From assembly GCA_041666325.1 (NCBI GenBank), contig JBAYHC010000002.1, positions 157,319 to 221,318 on the forward strand: a stretch of DNA of 64,000 nucleotides, written 5' to 3'. Positions 1-10,037 of this stretch are shown here, piece after piece. This stretch comes from Patescibacteria group bacterium (GTDB taxonomy: Bacteria > Patescibacteriota > UBA1384 > XYA2-FULL-43-10 > 1-14-0-10-43-13). Below the pieces are notes generated by a model that was not told the DNA's origin, did no database searches, and saw nothing but the letters and a program-made list of their open reading frames with translations. Numbering within the stretch: position 1 is the stretch's first letter; each line of letters opens with the position of its first letter. The translations under genes and the position numbers were made by a program.

Positions 1-845
1 GTGAGTCTACTTTGGGGGTGGCAAAGAGACTGAAGGAGAGGGGATTGATCTCTTCTGATGCTTTCTTTGCTATCTTGGCAAAGATCAAGAAGGGCTCCAT
101 CTATGCTGGCGTCTATCGTATTCCCAGGGAAGCATCTATACTGTCAGTTTATGACCAACTCTCCTCTGGAAAAGTCACACATATCAAGGTAACAATTCCA
201 GAGGGCTGGCGGACAGAACAGATCGCACAGGTATTATCCAAGAAGAATTTGGTAAGTTATGAGGAATTCATAACTAAGGCAAAGCCGTTCGAGGGGAAGC
301 TGTTTCCTGATACTTACTTTTTCCCCTATGATACGACCGCTGAGAATATAATTTCTCAGATGCAGGATGATTTTACCAAAAGAACCAGCGGACTCAATGT
401 CAGTGATGCCGACATAGTCATTGCTTCAATTGTCGAGCGGGAGGCCGTGACGGATGAGGAGCGGCCCTTGATCGCTGGTGTTTTCAAGAACCGTATTGCG
501 AAAGGCATGAGGCTGGAAGCCGATCCGACTATTCAATATAGCAAAGATAGCGTGTTGATCAAGGCGATGCCTGCTGCTGAACTGACTGATTTTCGATTTT
601 GGCAGCCAATTACGATCTCGCAGTCCCCCCTGTATGATTCTCCATACAACACCTACATCGCGCTTGGTTTACCGCCGGGCCCAATCTGCAATCCGGGTTT
701 GGCCAGTATCAAAGCAACCGTTAACTCTCAAGAGCATAACTATCTCTATTTCCTGCACAAGGATGGGGTTATTTACCCGAGTGCTACTGTCGAGGAGCAC
801 AACGCCAATCGTGCCAAAATTCTCGGTGTCAAGATAAAACGATAA
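1..845 (+). CDS. mltG: Endolytic transglycosylase MltG (5' partial)
   Basis: Motifs VTIPEG, EGKLFPDTY, ASIVEREA, LEADPT, SPYNTY and GLPPGPICNPG; frame is open to the window start. Confidence 0.95.
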   Translation, partial: ESTLGVAKRLKERGLISSDAFFAILAKIKKGSIYAGVYRIPREASILSVYDQLSSGKVTHIKVTIPEGWRTEQIAQVLSKKNLVSYEEFITKAKPFEGKLFPDTYFFPYDTTAENIISQMQDDFTKRTSGLNVSDADIVIASIVEREAVTDEERPLIAGVFKNRIAKGMRLEADPTIQYSKDSVLIKAMPAAELTDFRFWQPITISQSPLYDSPYNTYIALGLPPGPICNPGLASIKATVNSQEHNYLYFLHKDGVIYPSATVEEHNANRAKILGVKIKR

Positions 846-918
846 CAACGCCAAAAATAGTCTGCTTGGTACGGCTATGGCATGGTTGTTGAATCGGAGC
901 AGGAAAATGCAATCAAAG

Positions 919-965
919 AATAAAAATAGGCTCGACCAGCTGGCGTGTGCGCCGGTGTCGAGCCT
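919..965 (-). terminator. Intrinsic terminator for the minus-strand orphan
   Basis: Stem aggctcgac/gtcgagcct followed by a U-rich tract on the minus strand. Confidence 0.65.
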
Positions 966-1067
966 GTGAATTTGCCTCCGATGTGTCACCATCCGAAGAT
1001 GGCAATGAGTAATCCTGCGGCGAAGAGTACTCCTAGAATACCCCCGATGATCCAAGTAACGATCTGA

Positions 1068-1796
1068 CTATTGTCGGTCTGATGCTTCGATCTTGCCTTC
1101 ATCTTGTTCTTCCCAACCGGGGCTAGAATACCAACGAATTACGCGACCCTGGTTGTTGTCACAAACCCAGAGCATCTGGGAGAGATCGGCGCAGCACCAC
1201 CAGGTATTGCCGATCCTGGCGATGACAAAATGGCCATCTGGAACATTGGGATATTTGCTAGGTAGACAGCGAATATCGAGTGGGACAGGGTTCACTGGCG
1301 GCCTATTCTGGCTACCGGGCCTGATGACAATATCATCAACACCATCGACTGTGTTGTCAATCATGATCTCGTCGGCTTCGAGTTGGCGGCAAATGAGGAG
1401 GAACGGCTCCTTGTGTTCGCCCTGGTAATCAACCAGGGGAACGAAGAACTGAGTTGCTAGTTGTCGTCCTCTCGCCGTCGTCATGTTTCCAACCAGAATC
1501 TTATCAGCTGTGAGTGGTGTTACGCGGGCAGCATATGTTTCTTTTACCCTGAAATCATCAATGTTTGCCAAGCCTATGTTCGTGATCTGTTGGCTGATGC
1601 TCTCGGTTGGGGCTGCAGGTACAGCGCCTCTCACGAGCGTGGGCACAAGCACATTGAGGGCTGGGCTATTGACCATGTGGATCATGGCGCCGGGATAGCG
1701 AGAGCCATCGAGTTTGCCGGTTTTTCGGAATCTTTCCAGTTGGTGATCGGTAACAATGGTGAAAAGATTGGGCAAGTATTCGATTCCTTTGTCCAT
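1068..1796 (-). CDS. Hypothetical protein
   Basis: 242-aa ORF with GAGGAG RBS and upstream consensus promoter; no recognised motif. Confidence 0.75.
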   Translation of the reverse strand: MDKGIEYLPNLFTIVTDHQLERFRKTGKLDGSRYPGAMIHMVNSPALNVLVPTLVRGAVPAAPTESISQQITNIGLANIDDFRVKETYAARVTPLTADKILVGNMTTARGRQLATQFFVPLVDYQGEHKEPFLLICRQLEADEIMIDNTVDGVDDIVIRPGSQNRPPVNPVPLDIRCLPSKYPNVPDGHFVIARIGNTWWCCADLSQMLWVCDNNQGRVIRWYSSPGWEEQDEGKIEASDRQ

Positions 1797-1831
1797 GCGT
1801 TGCTCCTCTCGTGGCGATTCGTACGAGCTGA

Positions 1832-1860
1832 ATAATACTACGGAAGTTAAGGTCTGTCAA
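1832..1860 (-). promoter_or_regulatory. Sigma70-type promoter
   Basis: TTGACA-17 nt-TATTAT on the minus strand. Confidence 0.7.
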
Positions 1861-2040
1861 TCAGGGACTTAAAAAGGTTTGAATAATAGATTGTTTCACC
1901 CTATTATTTCAAAGGCGCTGAATGTTCTTAAGCTTTGACTTGTGTCGTTGTTGTTGAGCTTGACCGATAGTCGTATTTCCTCTAGATTGAAGTAGACTTC
2001 CGGTCATCTATTTTTTGTGGATGGGTTCACTAAGGAGCTT

Positions 2041-3105
2041 ATGAGAAAAGGTATCGGCAGAATTGTCGGCAGGGTCCTTGGAAAAGTTTCCCACGATATT
2101 GGGATTGATTTGGGCACGGCCAATACTCTGGTCTATGTCAGGGGCAGGGGAATTGTTATTCGCGAACCATCGGTCGTTGCCCTGAACAAGCGGACGAAAG
2201 AGATACTTGCCATTGGCGAGGAAGCCAAAAGAATGGTTGGCCGCACTCCGTCTCATATTGTTGCTGTCCGGCCATTGGTTGATGGTGTTATCTCTGACTT
2301 TGAAATTACTGAGCAGATGCTGCGCTATTTTTTTGATCGTGTGCATCGGGAAAAGTTTAGTCTCCTGCCAAGGCCTCGCGTTGTAATTGGTATTCCCCAT
2401 AGTGTGACCGAGGTTGAGCGCAGGGCTGTAGAGGAAGGCGCTATTAATGCGGGGGCACGCGAGGTGTATCTGATTGAGGAGCCAATTGCTGCTGCTATCG
2501 GAGCCAGGCTTCCAATTCAGGACGCTTCCGGCAGTATGATCATCGATATTGGCGGCGGCACGACAGAGGTTGCTGTAATAGCCTTGGGCGGAGTTGTCGC
2601 GTCGAGATCATTACGTATCGCTGGCGACGAGATGAATGATGATATCGTTCAGTATGTCAGGGACAAATTTAACCTATTGATCGGTGAGAGAAGTGCAGAA
2701 GAGACCAAGATGAGAATCGGTTCGGCTGTGGAACTAAAGGAGAAGTTAGAGGCACCGCTGCGAGGTCGCGACCTAGTCACTGGTTTGCCCAAAGAAATTA
2801 TTGTTAATGATACTCAAATACGCGAAGCTCTAAAAAAGTCGATCAGTGCGATCATGGAAAGTATTAGGGTAACCATGGAGGAGACACCCCCAGAGCTATT
2901 GGCTGATATAATGGAAAAGGGCATCATTCTTGCTGGCGGAGGTGCTTTGCTACGTGGCCTCGATAAGCGAATTGCAACAGAGACTCTGACCGCGGTTCAT
3001 ATCGCTGACGACCCCCTGACAGCGGTCGTGAGGGGTACGGGAATTGTGCTCGAAGATCTAGATATGCTTGCTGAGGTTTTGCTACCAAAGGAGTTCAGCA
3101 GATAA
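2041..3105 (+). CDS. mreB: Rod shape-determining protein MreB
   Basis: IGIDLGTANT, DIGGGTTE, LAGGGALL; AAGGAG before ATG 2041. Confidence 0.98.
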   Translation: MRKGIGRIVGRVLGKVSHDIGIDLGTANTLVYVRGRGIVIREPSVVALNKRTKEILAIGEEAKRMVGRTPSHIVAVRPLVDGVISDFEITEQMLRYFFDRVHREKFSLLPRPRVVIGIPHSVTEVERRAVEEGAINAGAREVYLIEEPIAAAIGARLPIQDASGSMIIDIGGGTTEVAVIALGGVVASRSLRIAGDEMNDDIVQYVRDKFNLLIGERSAEETKMRIGSAVELKEKLEAPLRGRDLVTGLPKEIIVNDTQIREALKKSISAIMESIRVTMEETPPELLADIMEKGIILAGGGALLRGLDKRIATETLTAVHIADDPLTAVVRGTGIVLEDLDMLAEVLLPKEFSR

Positions 3106-3151
3106 AAAACAGCGCAGGCTTGGCTAGGACTGTTATCGGGATTCAAGTGGA

Positions 3152-3937
3152 ATGAAAAGGAATAACAATCTTGTTAAAATGTTGTCCGTATCTGTGTTTT
3201 TGGTGTTGATTTTGGTCATGCCCTTACGAGCGAAGTTTCGTTCGTTCGCCTGGAGTGCCGGGAAGGTTGTTGCTAATCCATTTATTTTTTTGTCTCAAAA
3301 GACACAAAATGTCACGACATTTGTTAGGGGTATTGGTAGGTTGCAAGACGAGAATAAGGATTTAGGCCGAAAGATTGCATCTCTTGAGGTTGACAGGAGT
3401 CGAATTACCGAACTTGAACATGAGAATGAGTTGCTCAAACGCGAACTGGGATTTCTTGGTTCGCGGCCTAATCAGGAGCTGATACCGGCAAGAATTGTTG
3501 GGCGTGAGCCAACCACGTTGCTTGATTACGCAATTATTGACAAGGGAGAGTCTGATGGAGTAGTGGCAAATGCACCTGTTGTCTCGGAGGGTGCACTTAT
3601 AGGACAGGTTAGCGAGGTCAACAAGGACTCCGCTAAAATCATTCTCATTACGAGCAAAGATTCGATTGTTCAGGCCATGTTGCAGGTTAGCAGGTCGAAG
3701 GGGGTTTTGCGGGGAGGGATATCTGGCCTTTCGCTTGAAAATATTTCTCAGGATGTTGAGTTTAGTTCAGGAGAATACGTTGTAACATCTGGGTTGGGAG
3801 GAGAACTACCGGAGGGCATATTAATTGGGAAGGCCCGGTCGCTTCAATCTCCCCTGTCTGGTATTTATAAATCTATCTCCGTAGAGCCCATAATTGATCT
3901 TCCGCGACTGGAGATGGTTTTCGTAGTAAGGGAGTAA
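3152..3937 (+). CDS. mreC: Rod shape-determining protein MreC
   Basis: N-terminal TM, coiled coil, IDKG..DGV, VTSGLGG.LP; follows mreB. Confidence 0.95.
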   Translation: MKRNNNLVKMLSVSVFLVLILVMPLRAKFRSFAWSAGKVVANPFIFLSQKTQNVTTFVRGIGRLQDENKDLGRKIASLEVDRSRITELEHENELLKRELGFLGSRPNQELIPARIVGREPTTLLDYAIIDKGESDGVVANAPVVSEGALIGQVSEVNKDSAKIILITSKDSIVQAMLQVSRSKGVLRGGISGLSLENISQDVEFSSGEYVVTSGLGGELPEGILIGKARSLQSPLSGIYKSISVEPIIDLPRLEMVFVVRE

Positions 3938-4005
3938 TAATTTTTCGCGGTGATTTTTGCGTCTGGTTGTCTTGCTTTGAGTTTTGTAAAAGAGGTTCGG
4001 CAATT

Positions 4006-4500
4006 ATGAGATGGATAAAATATTTGTTGGTTGGTGTACTGTCGCTTTTCTTGGTAATGCTTGATGTAACATATTTTTCTTCTTTGCCGATCAAGGGAGC
4101 GACGATCTTTTCTTCATTGGTAGTGGTTATTGTGACAGCGCTGATCTGGCCTCTTGACCCGTTACTTATTCTGATATCTTTTCTTTCTGTTCTTTTCGCC
4201 ATTTTTTCCTCCTTGCCAATTGTATTAATCTTGATTATGTTCTTTTTGCTTCCGGTTGCGCTGGTCTTTTGTCGGCAGCGTTATTTGCCTGGGTCTTCTC
4301 GTTTTGTTGTACTAGTCATTTTGATAGTCACCTGTCTGTCGACCGAAATGTTAATGCTTATTTTTTTTCCTGAGTGGAGCAGCGAGGTGGCCACTTCTAT
4401 CGGGTATTTCGTATTAATAAATTCAATATTTGGAATGGCGGTGTTTGAGCTGGCCACGAGGGTCCGTTCAGCTGTTCGGCACAATGAAATTAGGCTCTAG
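4006..4500 (+). CDS. mreD: Probable MreD membrane protein
   Basis: Highly hydrophobic multi-TM ORF between mreC and mrdA. Confidence 0.75.
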   Translation: MRWIKYLLVGVLSLFLVMLDVTYFSSLPIKGATIFSSLVVVIVTALIWPLDPLLILISFLSVLFAIFSSLPIVLILIMFFLLPVALVFCRQRYLPGSSRFVVLVILIVTCLSTEMLMLIFFPEWSSEVATSIGYFVLINSIFGMAVFELATRVRSAVRHNEIRL

Positions 4501-4505
4501 GATTA

Positions 4506-6440
4506 GTGATGGATATTTTCGGAAACTTTGGCGCCCTAAGGGGCGATCGAAAGAAGCGCAAGATTCCTCAAGGTGAAGAGAACGATTTTTCCTATTCTGA
4601 TGCAGTAATTTCAGGGATAACTAAGATAGAAGATAGAGCGATCTCTTCGTTAACACTGCCAGCAAGGACATTGTTGATAATGTTTTTTATCGTATTGCTA
4701 GCCAAAGTATTCTTTTTGCAGGTAGTGGAGGGTAAAAACCACCAGAAACTTGCTGAAGGAAACCGTATCAGACCAAGAGTCCTTGAGGCACCAAGAGGAT
4801 TAATTTCGGACAAAGATGGAGTTTGGCTTGCGCGCAATAAGGCTGATTTTGCTCTCTCGTTTTATCCCTCAGACTTGCCGAAGGCGAAGGCGGACAGAGC
4901 AGAAATTTTCAAGAAGCTTGCCGACGTCTCTGGTTTGGCCCCAGAGGAGATTCAAAAAATTGCCGAAGAGAAGGGAAACTATTTTCTTGATTCAGTTATT
5001 ATCAAGGACCATTTATCACATGATGAGGCGCTGCTATTGGAAGAAAGGACAGCTGATCTGCCGGGTGTGTTTATTGCGCATCGCGTGAGCCGAGAGTATG
5101 TTAGTCTTCCTGGAATCTCACATATCTTGGGATATACTGGCTCCGTTTCGGGTGCAGATCTAAAGGATCATCCTAACTATTTTCTTTCGGATTGGATTGG
5201 AAAGGCGGGAATAGAAAAGGAGTATGAGCAGTATTTGCGCGGAGTCCACGGGGTCGAACAGGTCGAGGTTGATTCGCGCGGAAATGTCGTGCGCGTTCTT
5301 GTCAAAGAGGGCAACATGGAGCCGAAGCCAGGGAATGATGTTTCCCTCTACCTGGACAGAGGATTGCAGTCAAAGGTTGCGCTCTCTCTGCAAGATGGCA
5401 TCAAGAAGGCGAAGGAGATCACCGGTAAGGAGGACATAAACTCAGGTGTGGCTGCCGTAATGGATGTTAGAAACGGCGGAATACTGGCAATGGTTTCTCT
5501 TCCCGACTATGATAATAATCTTTTTGCCACAAGAATATCGAATGATGATTACCAGCGATTGATTAATGATCCATCGCAACCCCTTTTCAACAGAGCAATA
5601 AAGGGCGAGTATCCGCCAGGATCAATCGTTAAGATTGTTATGGCTGCAGCGGGGCTGTCTGAAGGTGTTATTAACGAGGGGACATCTCTTGATACCCCAC
5701 CGGCAATTCAAATTGGAGACTACTCTTTCCCAGACTGGAAAGATCACGGCCTGACTGACGTCGAGCGCGCTATTGCTGAGTCAAATAACATATTCTTTTA
5801 TGCTATTGGCGGCGGATACGACAAGATAAGGGGAATCGGCATAGCAAAGATCAAAGAATATTGGCAGAAATTCGGTTTGGGAAAAACAACCGGGATTGAT
5901 ATTCCAGGGGAAGAAAACGGGCTGTTGCCGGATGGAGAGTGGAAACAAAAGGTCAAGAACGAGCCGTGGTATCTTGGTGACACTTATCATGTTTCAATTG
6001 GCCAGGGAGATTTACTGGTTACGCCTATTCAGATGCTCAGAGCGACTGCTGCCATAGCTAACGGTGGAAAGCTCCTTAATCCACGTTTCATAAAAACAAT
6101 AATAGGATTGGATGGCGAGGTTGTTAAAGAGTTTGGTCCTTCCGTGGAGAACGAGGCAGTCGTTTCCTCCCAGGTTGCAAGCACGGTTGCTCGCGGTATG
6201 CGAATGACGGTGACAGAAGGCTCTGCCAGGAGCTTGAATTCTTTGCCTGTAGCAGTCGCTGGCAAAACAGGCACTGCACAATTTTTCAATAACGAGAAGA
6301 CGCATGCCTGGTTTGAGGCTTTTGCTCCTTATGATGATCCAGAGATTGCCGTCATCGTTCTGATCGAGGGTGGCGGTGGGGGCAACGAAACCGCTGTGCC
6401 TGTTGCTAAGGACATCTTAGATTACTACTTTAGTAGATAA
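4506..6440 (+). CDS. mrdA: Penicillin-binding protein 2
   Basis: APRG, YPPGSIVK (SxxK), ESNN (SxN), GKTGTAQ; mre operon context. Confidence 0.96.
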   Translation: MMDIFGNFGALRGDRKKRKIPQGEENDFSYSDAVISGITKIEDRAISSLTLPARTLLIMFFIVLLAKVFFLQVVEGKNHQKLAEGNRIRPRVLEAPRGLISDKDGVWLARNKADFALSFYPSDLPKAKADRAEIFKKLADVSGLAPEEIQKIAEEKGNYFLDSVIIKDHLSHDEALLLEERTADLPGVFIAHRVSREYVSLPGISHILGYTGSVSGADLKDHPNYFLSDWIGKAGIEKEYEQYLRGVHGVEQVEVDSRGNVVRVLVKEGNMEPKPGNDVSLYLDRGLQSKVALSLQDGIKKAKEITGKEDINSGVAAVMDVRNGGILAMVSLPDYDNNLFATRISNDDYQRLINDPSQPLFNRAIKGEYPPGSIVKIVMAAAGLSEGVINEGTSLDTPPAIQIGDYSFPDWKDHGLTDVERAIAESNNIFFYAIGGGYDKIRGIGIAKIKEYWQKFGLGKTTGIDIPGEENGLLPDGEWKQKVKNEPWYLGDTYHVSIGQGDLLVTPIQMLRATAAIANGGKLLNPRFIKTIIGLDGEVVKEFGPSVENEAVVSSQVASTVARGMRMTVTEGSARSLNSLPVAVAGKTGTAQFFNNEKTHAWFEAFAPYDDPEIAVIVLIEGGGGGNETAVPVAKDILDYYFSR

Positions 6441-6448
6441 ACTGAAGG

Positions 6449-6477
6449 TTGACAAAAGCGCCCTCTTTTTGAGATAC
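6449..6477 (+). promoter_or_regulatory. Sigma70-type promoter for greA
   Basis: TTGACA-17 nt-GATACT. Confidence 0.55.
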
Positions 6478-6577
6478 TCAGAAGTCGTAAAGTACTATTT
6501 TTAACAATTATTAAATATAATAACTAGTCAGTTTCTGAAGCTTGACGAAAACAAGAAAAACTTCGGGAGAAATAACC

Positions 6578-7027
6578 ATGACCAATGAAATGACAGCCAC
6601 TGGGCTGGACCACCTAAAAAAACAATATGATGATGTTCATCAAAAGCTGAAGGATATTGCCGGACGAATCAAGGAAGCTAGAGATTTGGGCGATCTCTCG
6701 GAAAATGCCGAGTATCAAGAGGCTAAGAACGAGCAAGCTTTTTTGCTTGGGCGTGAAGCTGAGTTGGAGCAGAAAATTAAATCGGCAAAAGTTGTTGCCA
6801 AGTGCGACGATGGGGTTGTTGGTGTCGGTTGCCGTGTTAAGATCGAAGGCAACGGCAACACCATGACTTTCGAAATTGTTGGTCCTGATGAAGTGGATCC
6901 TCTCGCTGGCCGCATCTCTCCGGAATCACCCATCGGCTCAGCCATTCGCGGCCATCGTAGTGGAGAGACAGTTCAGGTTAAAACTCCCGGAGGAGTGACA
7001 GAATATCGGATTGTGGAGGTAAATTAA
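6578..7027 (+). CDS. greA: Transcription elongation factor GreA
   Basis: ARDLGDLSENAEY and ISPESPIG motifs. Confidence 0.97.
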   Translation: MTNEMTATGLDHLKKQYDDVHQKLKDIAGRIKEARDLGDLSENAEYQEAKNEQAFLLGREAELEQKIKSAKVVAKCDDGVVGVGCRVKIEGNGNTMTFEIVGPDEVDPLAGRISPESPIGSAIRGHRSGETVQVKTPGGVTEYRIVEVN

Positions 7028-7047
7028 TTCATTTCGAATATGATCTC

Positions 7048-7079
7048 AGCAAAAGTCCCGCGTTCACGGGACTTTTGCT
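7048..7079 (+). terminator. Intrinsic terminator (possibly bidirectional)
   Basis: agcaaaagtccc...gggacttttgct inverted repeat. Confidence 0.75.
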
Positions 7080-7175
7080 ATTCGGTCATCTTGGATAATC
7101 GTTGACGTATTTTTTCTGCCGTTGTATTATCGAATCACACGTTAACTCGGCTAGGATAAGCCAAAAGGAGACACC

Positions 7176-7784
7176 ATGGGAGACGAAAGAATGGAAAGAT
7201 TTTTGGGTGGCGAAGTGGGTGCATCTTATCTGCCGCATCACACAGATGAGGCGGTTATCACAAGTGTCACGGATCCAAACACCGGCGCTGTTTACACGCC
7301 AGGAGACAAAGGTGTTGGTGCTGTTCCAGTTCCCGAAGCTAGTCCTGGTGCAGACGAGACGGGGGATGAAGAATATCAGGGCCAGAAATTTGCTGTGACG
7401 ATCCGGGAGAGCGATGAGCAGCTGGGCTGGAGGAAGGTTGGCGATGAGCTGTCTCTGCCCCAAACCGGTCTTACATTTACTGATGGTTCACGTTATTTTT
7501 CTGAAGGAATAGGATCAGAGAGGCTTGATATTCCAGCCGAATCAATTAGAAAGCTTGTTCGTCCGGAGATTGTGAAGAGGTTGGAAGCGGTCATCGGTAA
7601 GGAGCTCGAAGGGCAAGTGCCGCTTACGGCGCAGATATCTCCGTCAAATTATTATGCCAACGGTGTTCGAATTGAAGATCCTGGTTTGCAGAACGAGATT
7701 TATAGCCTTATTCAAATTTATACCAATCACCGCAAACGGTTCGTTGCTCCGGGCGCAGATGAGGCCGGACCAGCAGCTAAGTAA
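7176..7784 (+). CDS. Hypothetical protein
   Basis: 202-aa ORF, AAGGAG RBS, TTGACG-17-TATTAT promoter from 7102, terminator at ~7798-7830. Confidence 0.8.
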   Translation: MGDERMERFLGGEVGASYLPHHTDEAVITSVTDPNTGAVYTPGDKGVGAVPVPEASPGADETGDEEYQGQKFAVTIRESDEQLGWRKVGDELSLPQTGLTFTDGSRYFSEGIGSERLDIPAESIRKLVRPEIVKRLEAVIGKELEGQVPLTAQISPSNYYANGVRIEDPGLQNEIYSLIQIYTNHRKRFVAPGADEAGPAAK

Positions 7785-7876
7785 ATACAGCCAATTACAA
7801 AAAATCATCCAGTAGATCGGATGATTTTTTGATACTAGAGTGCAGAATGAACAAACTATTGTTCGCTCTGTTCTCT

Positions 7877-7907
7877 GCTGATCCGGCGGCGGGGCCGCCG
7901 GATCAGC
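7877..7907. repeat. GC-rich hairpin H1 (copy 1)
   Basis: gctgatccggcggc-ggg-gccgccggatcagc, perfect 14-bp stem; homologous to 8991-9019. Confidence 0.85.
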
Positions 7908-7914
7908 GTGTGTG

Positions 7915-8850
7915 CTACAGCGTTCTGGCTGTCAGGACTGCGTATGGCTTCTGCGCCCTGACGTTGGTCAGCCGCCACTGATCGTTCCGGCGGTTGACTG
8001 TTACGATGTAGCTCGCCTTGGTGGCGCTGGCACCGCCAAGGATAGAGATCCAGCGGAAGTCTACCCGATACTTCCTGCCCTTCCAGAGGCAAGATGTCTC
8101 GATGGTAGGGGTGATGATTCCGGCCTCGTCGAGCGGAAGGTACGCCAGGTTGGCGCACCTCGTCGTCAGGCCGGGGTTTCCCTCGATGGCTCTGAGGCGA
8201 GCAAACTCCCTCTCGACGAAGGCCGCAGCCGGGTCCTCCTCTGCTCCGGCGTAGGGGTTCAGTCCGCGGTAGTCGTCCCCGATCAGGCTAGGATCGTGCC
8301 TGGGGAAGGGCGGAAGCGGAAAGCCACAGTGCTCGAGCGCCTCTTCGCGGCTGTCGACCTCACGGCCGATGCCCTCGAAAGCGACATTCCAGGACAGGGC
8401 ATTCATACCATAATATGGGATGGCCTCTGGTCTGACGTCGATGTCCCTCGCGGAGTTTATGATCTCCTTTTCCTTCCACTCGGGACAGTTCTTCTTCCTG
8501 TTGATGGTGTAGCGGTAGTGGCCGATCTCACGGCCGGTGGGGAAGCGGTAGATGAGGTGTGCGGCATTGCCGACTACTTCGACCTGGGTGTAATTCTCCA
8601 GGTTGGGCCATGCCTCGAAGATGGCCCAGACACGAGATTGCTCATCTGACCATTCTCCGGTGAAGGTTGGCGGCAGGGAGCCGCCTCGATAGTAGTGGAA
8701 GGTGCTGATGACCTTCTCTTCGTGCTCAGCGCATCGTTGCGACGCTTGCTCGATGTACGGCACTCCGATGCCCACTGCGATCATGCCGGCAAGCCCTGCG
8801 GCAATGAGTGTGGTCAATGCAGTTGCTGCTAGTCTTGTCAATCGTTCCAT
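7915..8850 (-). CDS. Hypothetical membrane-anchored protein (cassette gene A)
   Basis: ATG at 8850 with AAGGAGAG RBS, N-terminal TM, GC-rich codons, ~311 aa. Confidence 0.8.
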   Translation of the reverse strand: MERLTRLAATALTTLIAAGLAGMIAVGIGVPYIEQASQRCAEHEEKVISTFHYYRGGSLPPTFTGEWSDEQSRVWAIFEAWPNLENYTQVEVVGNAAHLIYRFPTGREIGHYRYTINRKKNCPEWKEKEIINSARDIDVRPEAIPYYGMNALSWNVAFEGIGREVDSREEALEHCGFPLPPFPRHDPSLIGDDYRGLNPYAGAEEDPAAAFVEREFARLRAIEGNPGLTTRCANLAYLPLDEAGIITPTIETSCLWKGRKYRVDFRWISILGGASATKASYIVTVNRRNDQWRLTNVRAQKPYAVLTARTL

Positions 8851-8926
8851 CTTGCCTCTCCTTGCGTCGTGCACATTGGTGGGCTCGAGTGCCCAACCGA
8901 ATGACAAGCGCCAAACGATGGCTCCT

Positions 8927-8976
8927 GTTTGCGACGATCGAGATTGCTTAATCTAAACAATTATCGATTGTCACAA
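8927..8976 (-). repeat. Leader hairpin L1 (copy 1)
   Basis: Shares gtttgcgacgatcgag (16 nt identical) and the aaacaatt..tcgat arm with 10038-10090. Confidence 0.8.
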
Positions 8977-8990
8977 GAATGGTATTGTTA

Positions 8991-9019
8991 CTGGTCCGGC
9001 GGCGGGGCCGCCGGACCAG
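8991..9019. repeat. GC-rich hairpin H2 (copy 2)
   Basis: ctggtccggcggc-ggg-gccgccggaccag; compensatory base-pair change relative to H1. Confidence 0.85.
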
Positions 9020-9028
9020 CTGGTATAC

Positions 9029-9970
9029 TTACTTTCGCCACGGCGGGTTGCCGAAGCGACCGAGCGGGATCTGTTTCGTCCCGGCCGTGCCGGTGGCGAT
9101 CAAGAAGTCCTCGGTGCATTCGAGCCTCTTGATGAGGCCGATCTTGGGGTTGATCCCCGTGAACATCTCGCCGAGCTTGTACTTATCCTCGAACGGCTGG
9201 TAGGCGCAGACCGCCCGAATAGTGCGGCCCTCCTCCTCGACAAGGAAGACCACGTCGTTGTGGCGGCGGTTGATTGCGAGGCAGCCGGTGCTGCCGGTGT
9301 TCTTGAACTGGGCGTCCTGGTACCGGGTGCTTTCGGACGGGCTGATGGTCTGGATGATCCCGTCCATCGTTGCGTAGGCGACTGCGCCGGTGCGCAGATC
9401 ATGGTCAAGTGCGGCCACCTCGGAGTTTTCGTTGAACCAGAGCGGCCTGCTCTGGTCCCTGGAGCAGACGGCCCAGCCGACCTTCGGCTTGGGCTCCATG
9501 ATCTGGTGCCAGGTCCTGACCCCGTACACCTGCTGATCGGGTGTGGACATGTAGGCAACCCCAACGAACTGCAGGTAGGCCTCCATGTAGGTGGCCGGCG
9601 TGAAGACCGGTGTTGACACGGCCTCCAGCCAGATGCGCATGCCCGGTTTGAGCTCCTTGAAGCGGAGGTAGTCCGGGTGGGTAGGCGGGATGCAGATCTT
9701 CCGCCAGCCGTCCTGCCCGTAGTTGACCTTGATAGTGATGTGCTTAGTGAAAGCGCGATCACTTCCCATCTGGTCCCCGTAGCTGATGGCGGTAACGACC
9801 CCGCCGTCAGCGAGCGGCTTGACGAACGCCTTCGCCTCCTCTTCGGCTCTCACCTCAGACCTTGCATTCAGGACGTCGTCCTGATGCCAGATCCAGGTTC
9901 CGACCCAGAGGGTCATGAGGATGAGGCAGAATCCAAGCGCGATCTTCAGTGACTTCTCGATCTCTGTCAT
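9029..9970 (-). CDS. Hypothetical membrane-anchored protein (cassette gene B)
   Basis: ATG at 9970 with GGGAGAG RBS, N-terminal TM, GC-rich codons, ~313 aa. Confidence 0.8.
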   Translation of the reverse strand: MTEIEKSLKIALGFCLILMTLWVGTWIWHQDDVLNARSEVRAEEEAKAFVKPLADGGVVTAISYGDQMGSDRAFTKHITIKVNYGQDGWRKICIPPTHPDYLRFKELKPGMRIWLEAVSTPVFTPATYMEAYLQFVGVAYMSTPDQQVYGVRTWHQIMEPKPKVGWAVCSRDQSRPLWFNENSEVAALDHDLRTGAVAYATMDGIIQTISPSESTRYQDAQFKNTGSTGCLAINRRHNDVVFLVEEEGRTIRAVCAYQPFEDKYKLGEMFTGINPKIGLIKRLECTEDFLIATGTAGTKQIPLGRFGNPPWRK

Positions 9971-10037
9971 CTGCTTTCTCTCCCAACGTCGCTGGTGGTG
10001 GCGGGTTCTTTTTCCCCAACCCAACTGCAAAGTACTC

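Noticed and set aside
8927-9028. Canonical integron attC site
   Set aside because: No RYYYAAC...GTTRRRY core bracketing the hairpin, and no integron integrase nearby.
7912-9952. Long antisense or alternative-frame ORFs (7912-8649, 9100-9762, 9260-9616) as overlapping genes
   Set aside because: These are typical shadows of GC3-rich genes and have no supporting RBS or promoter.
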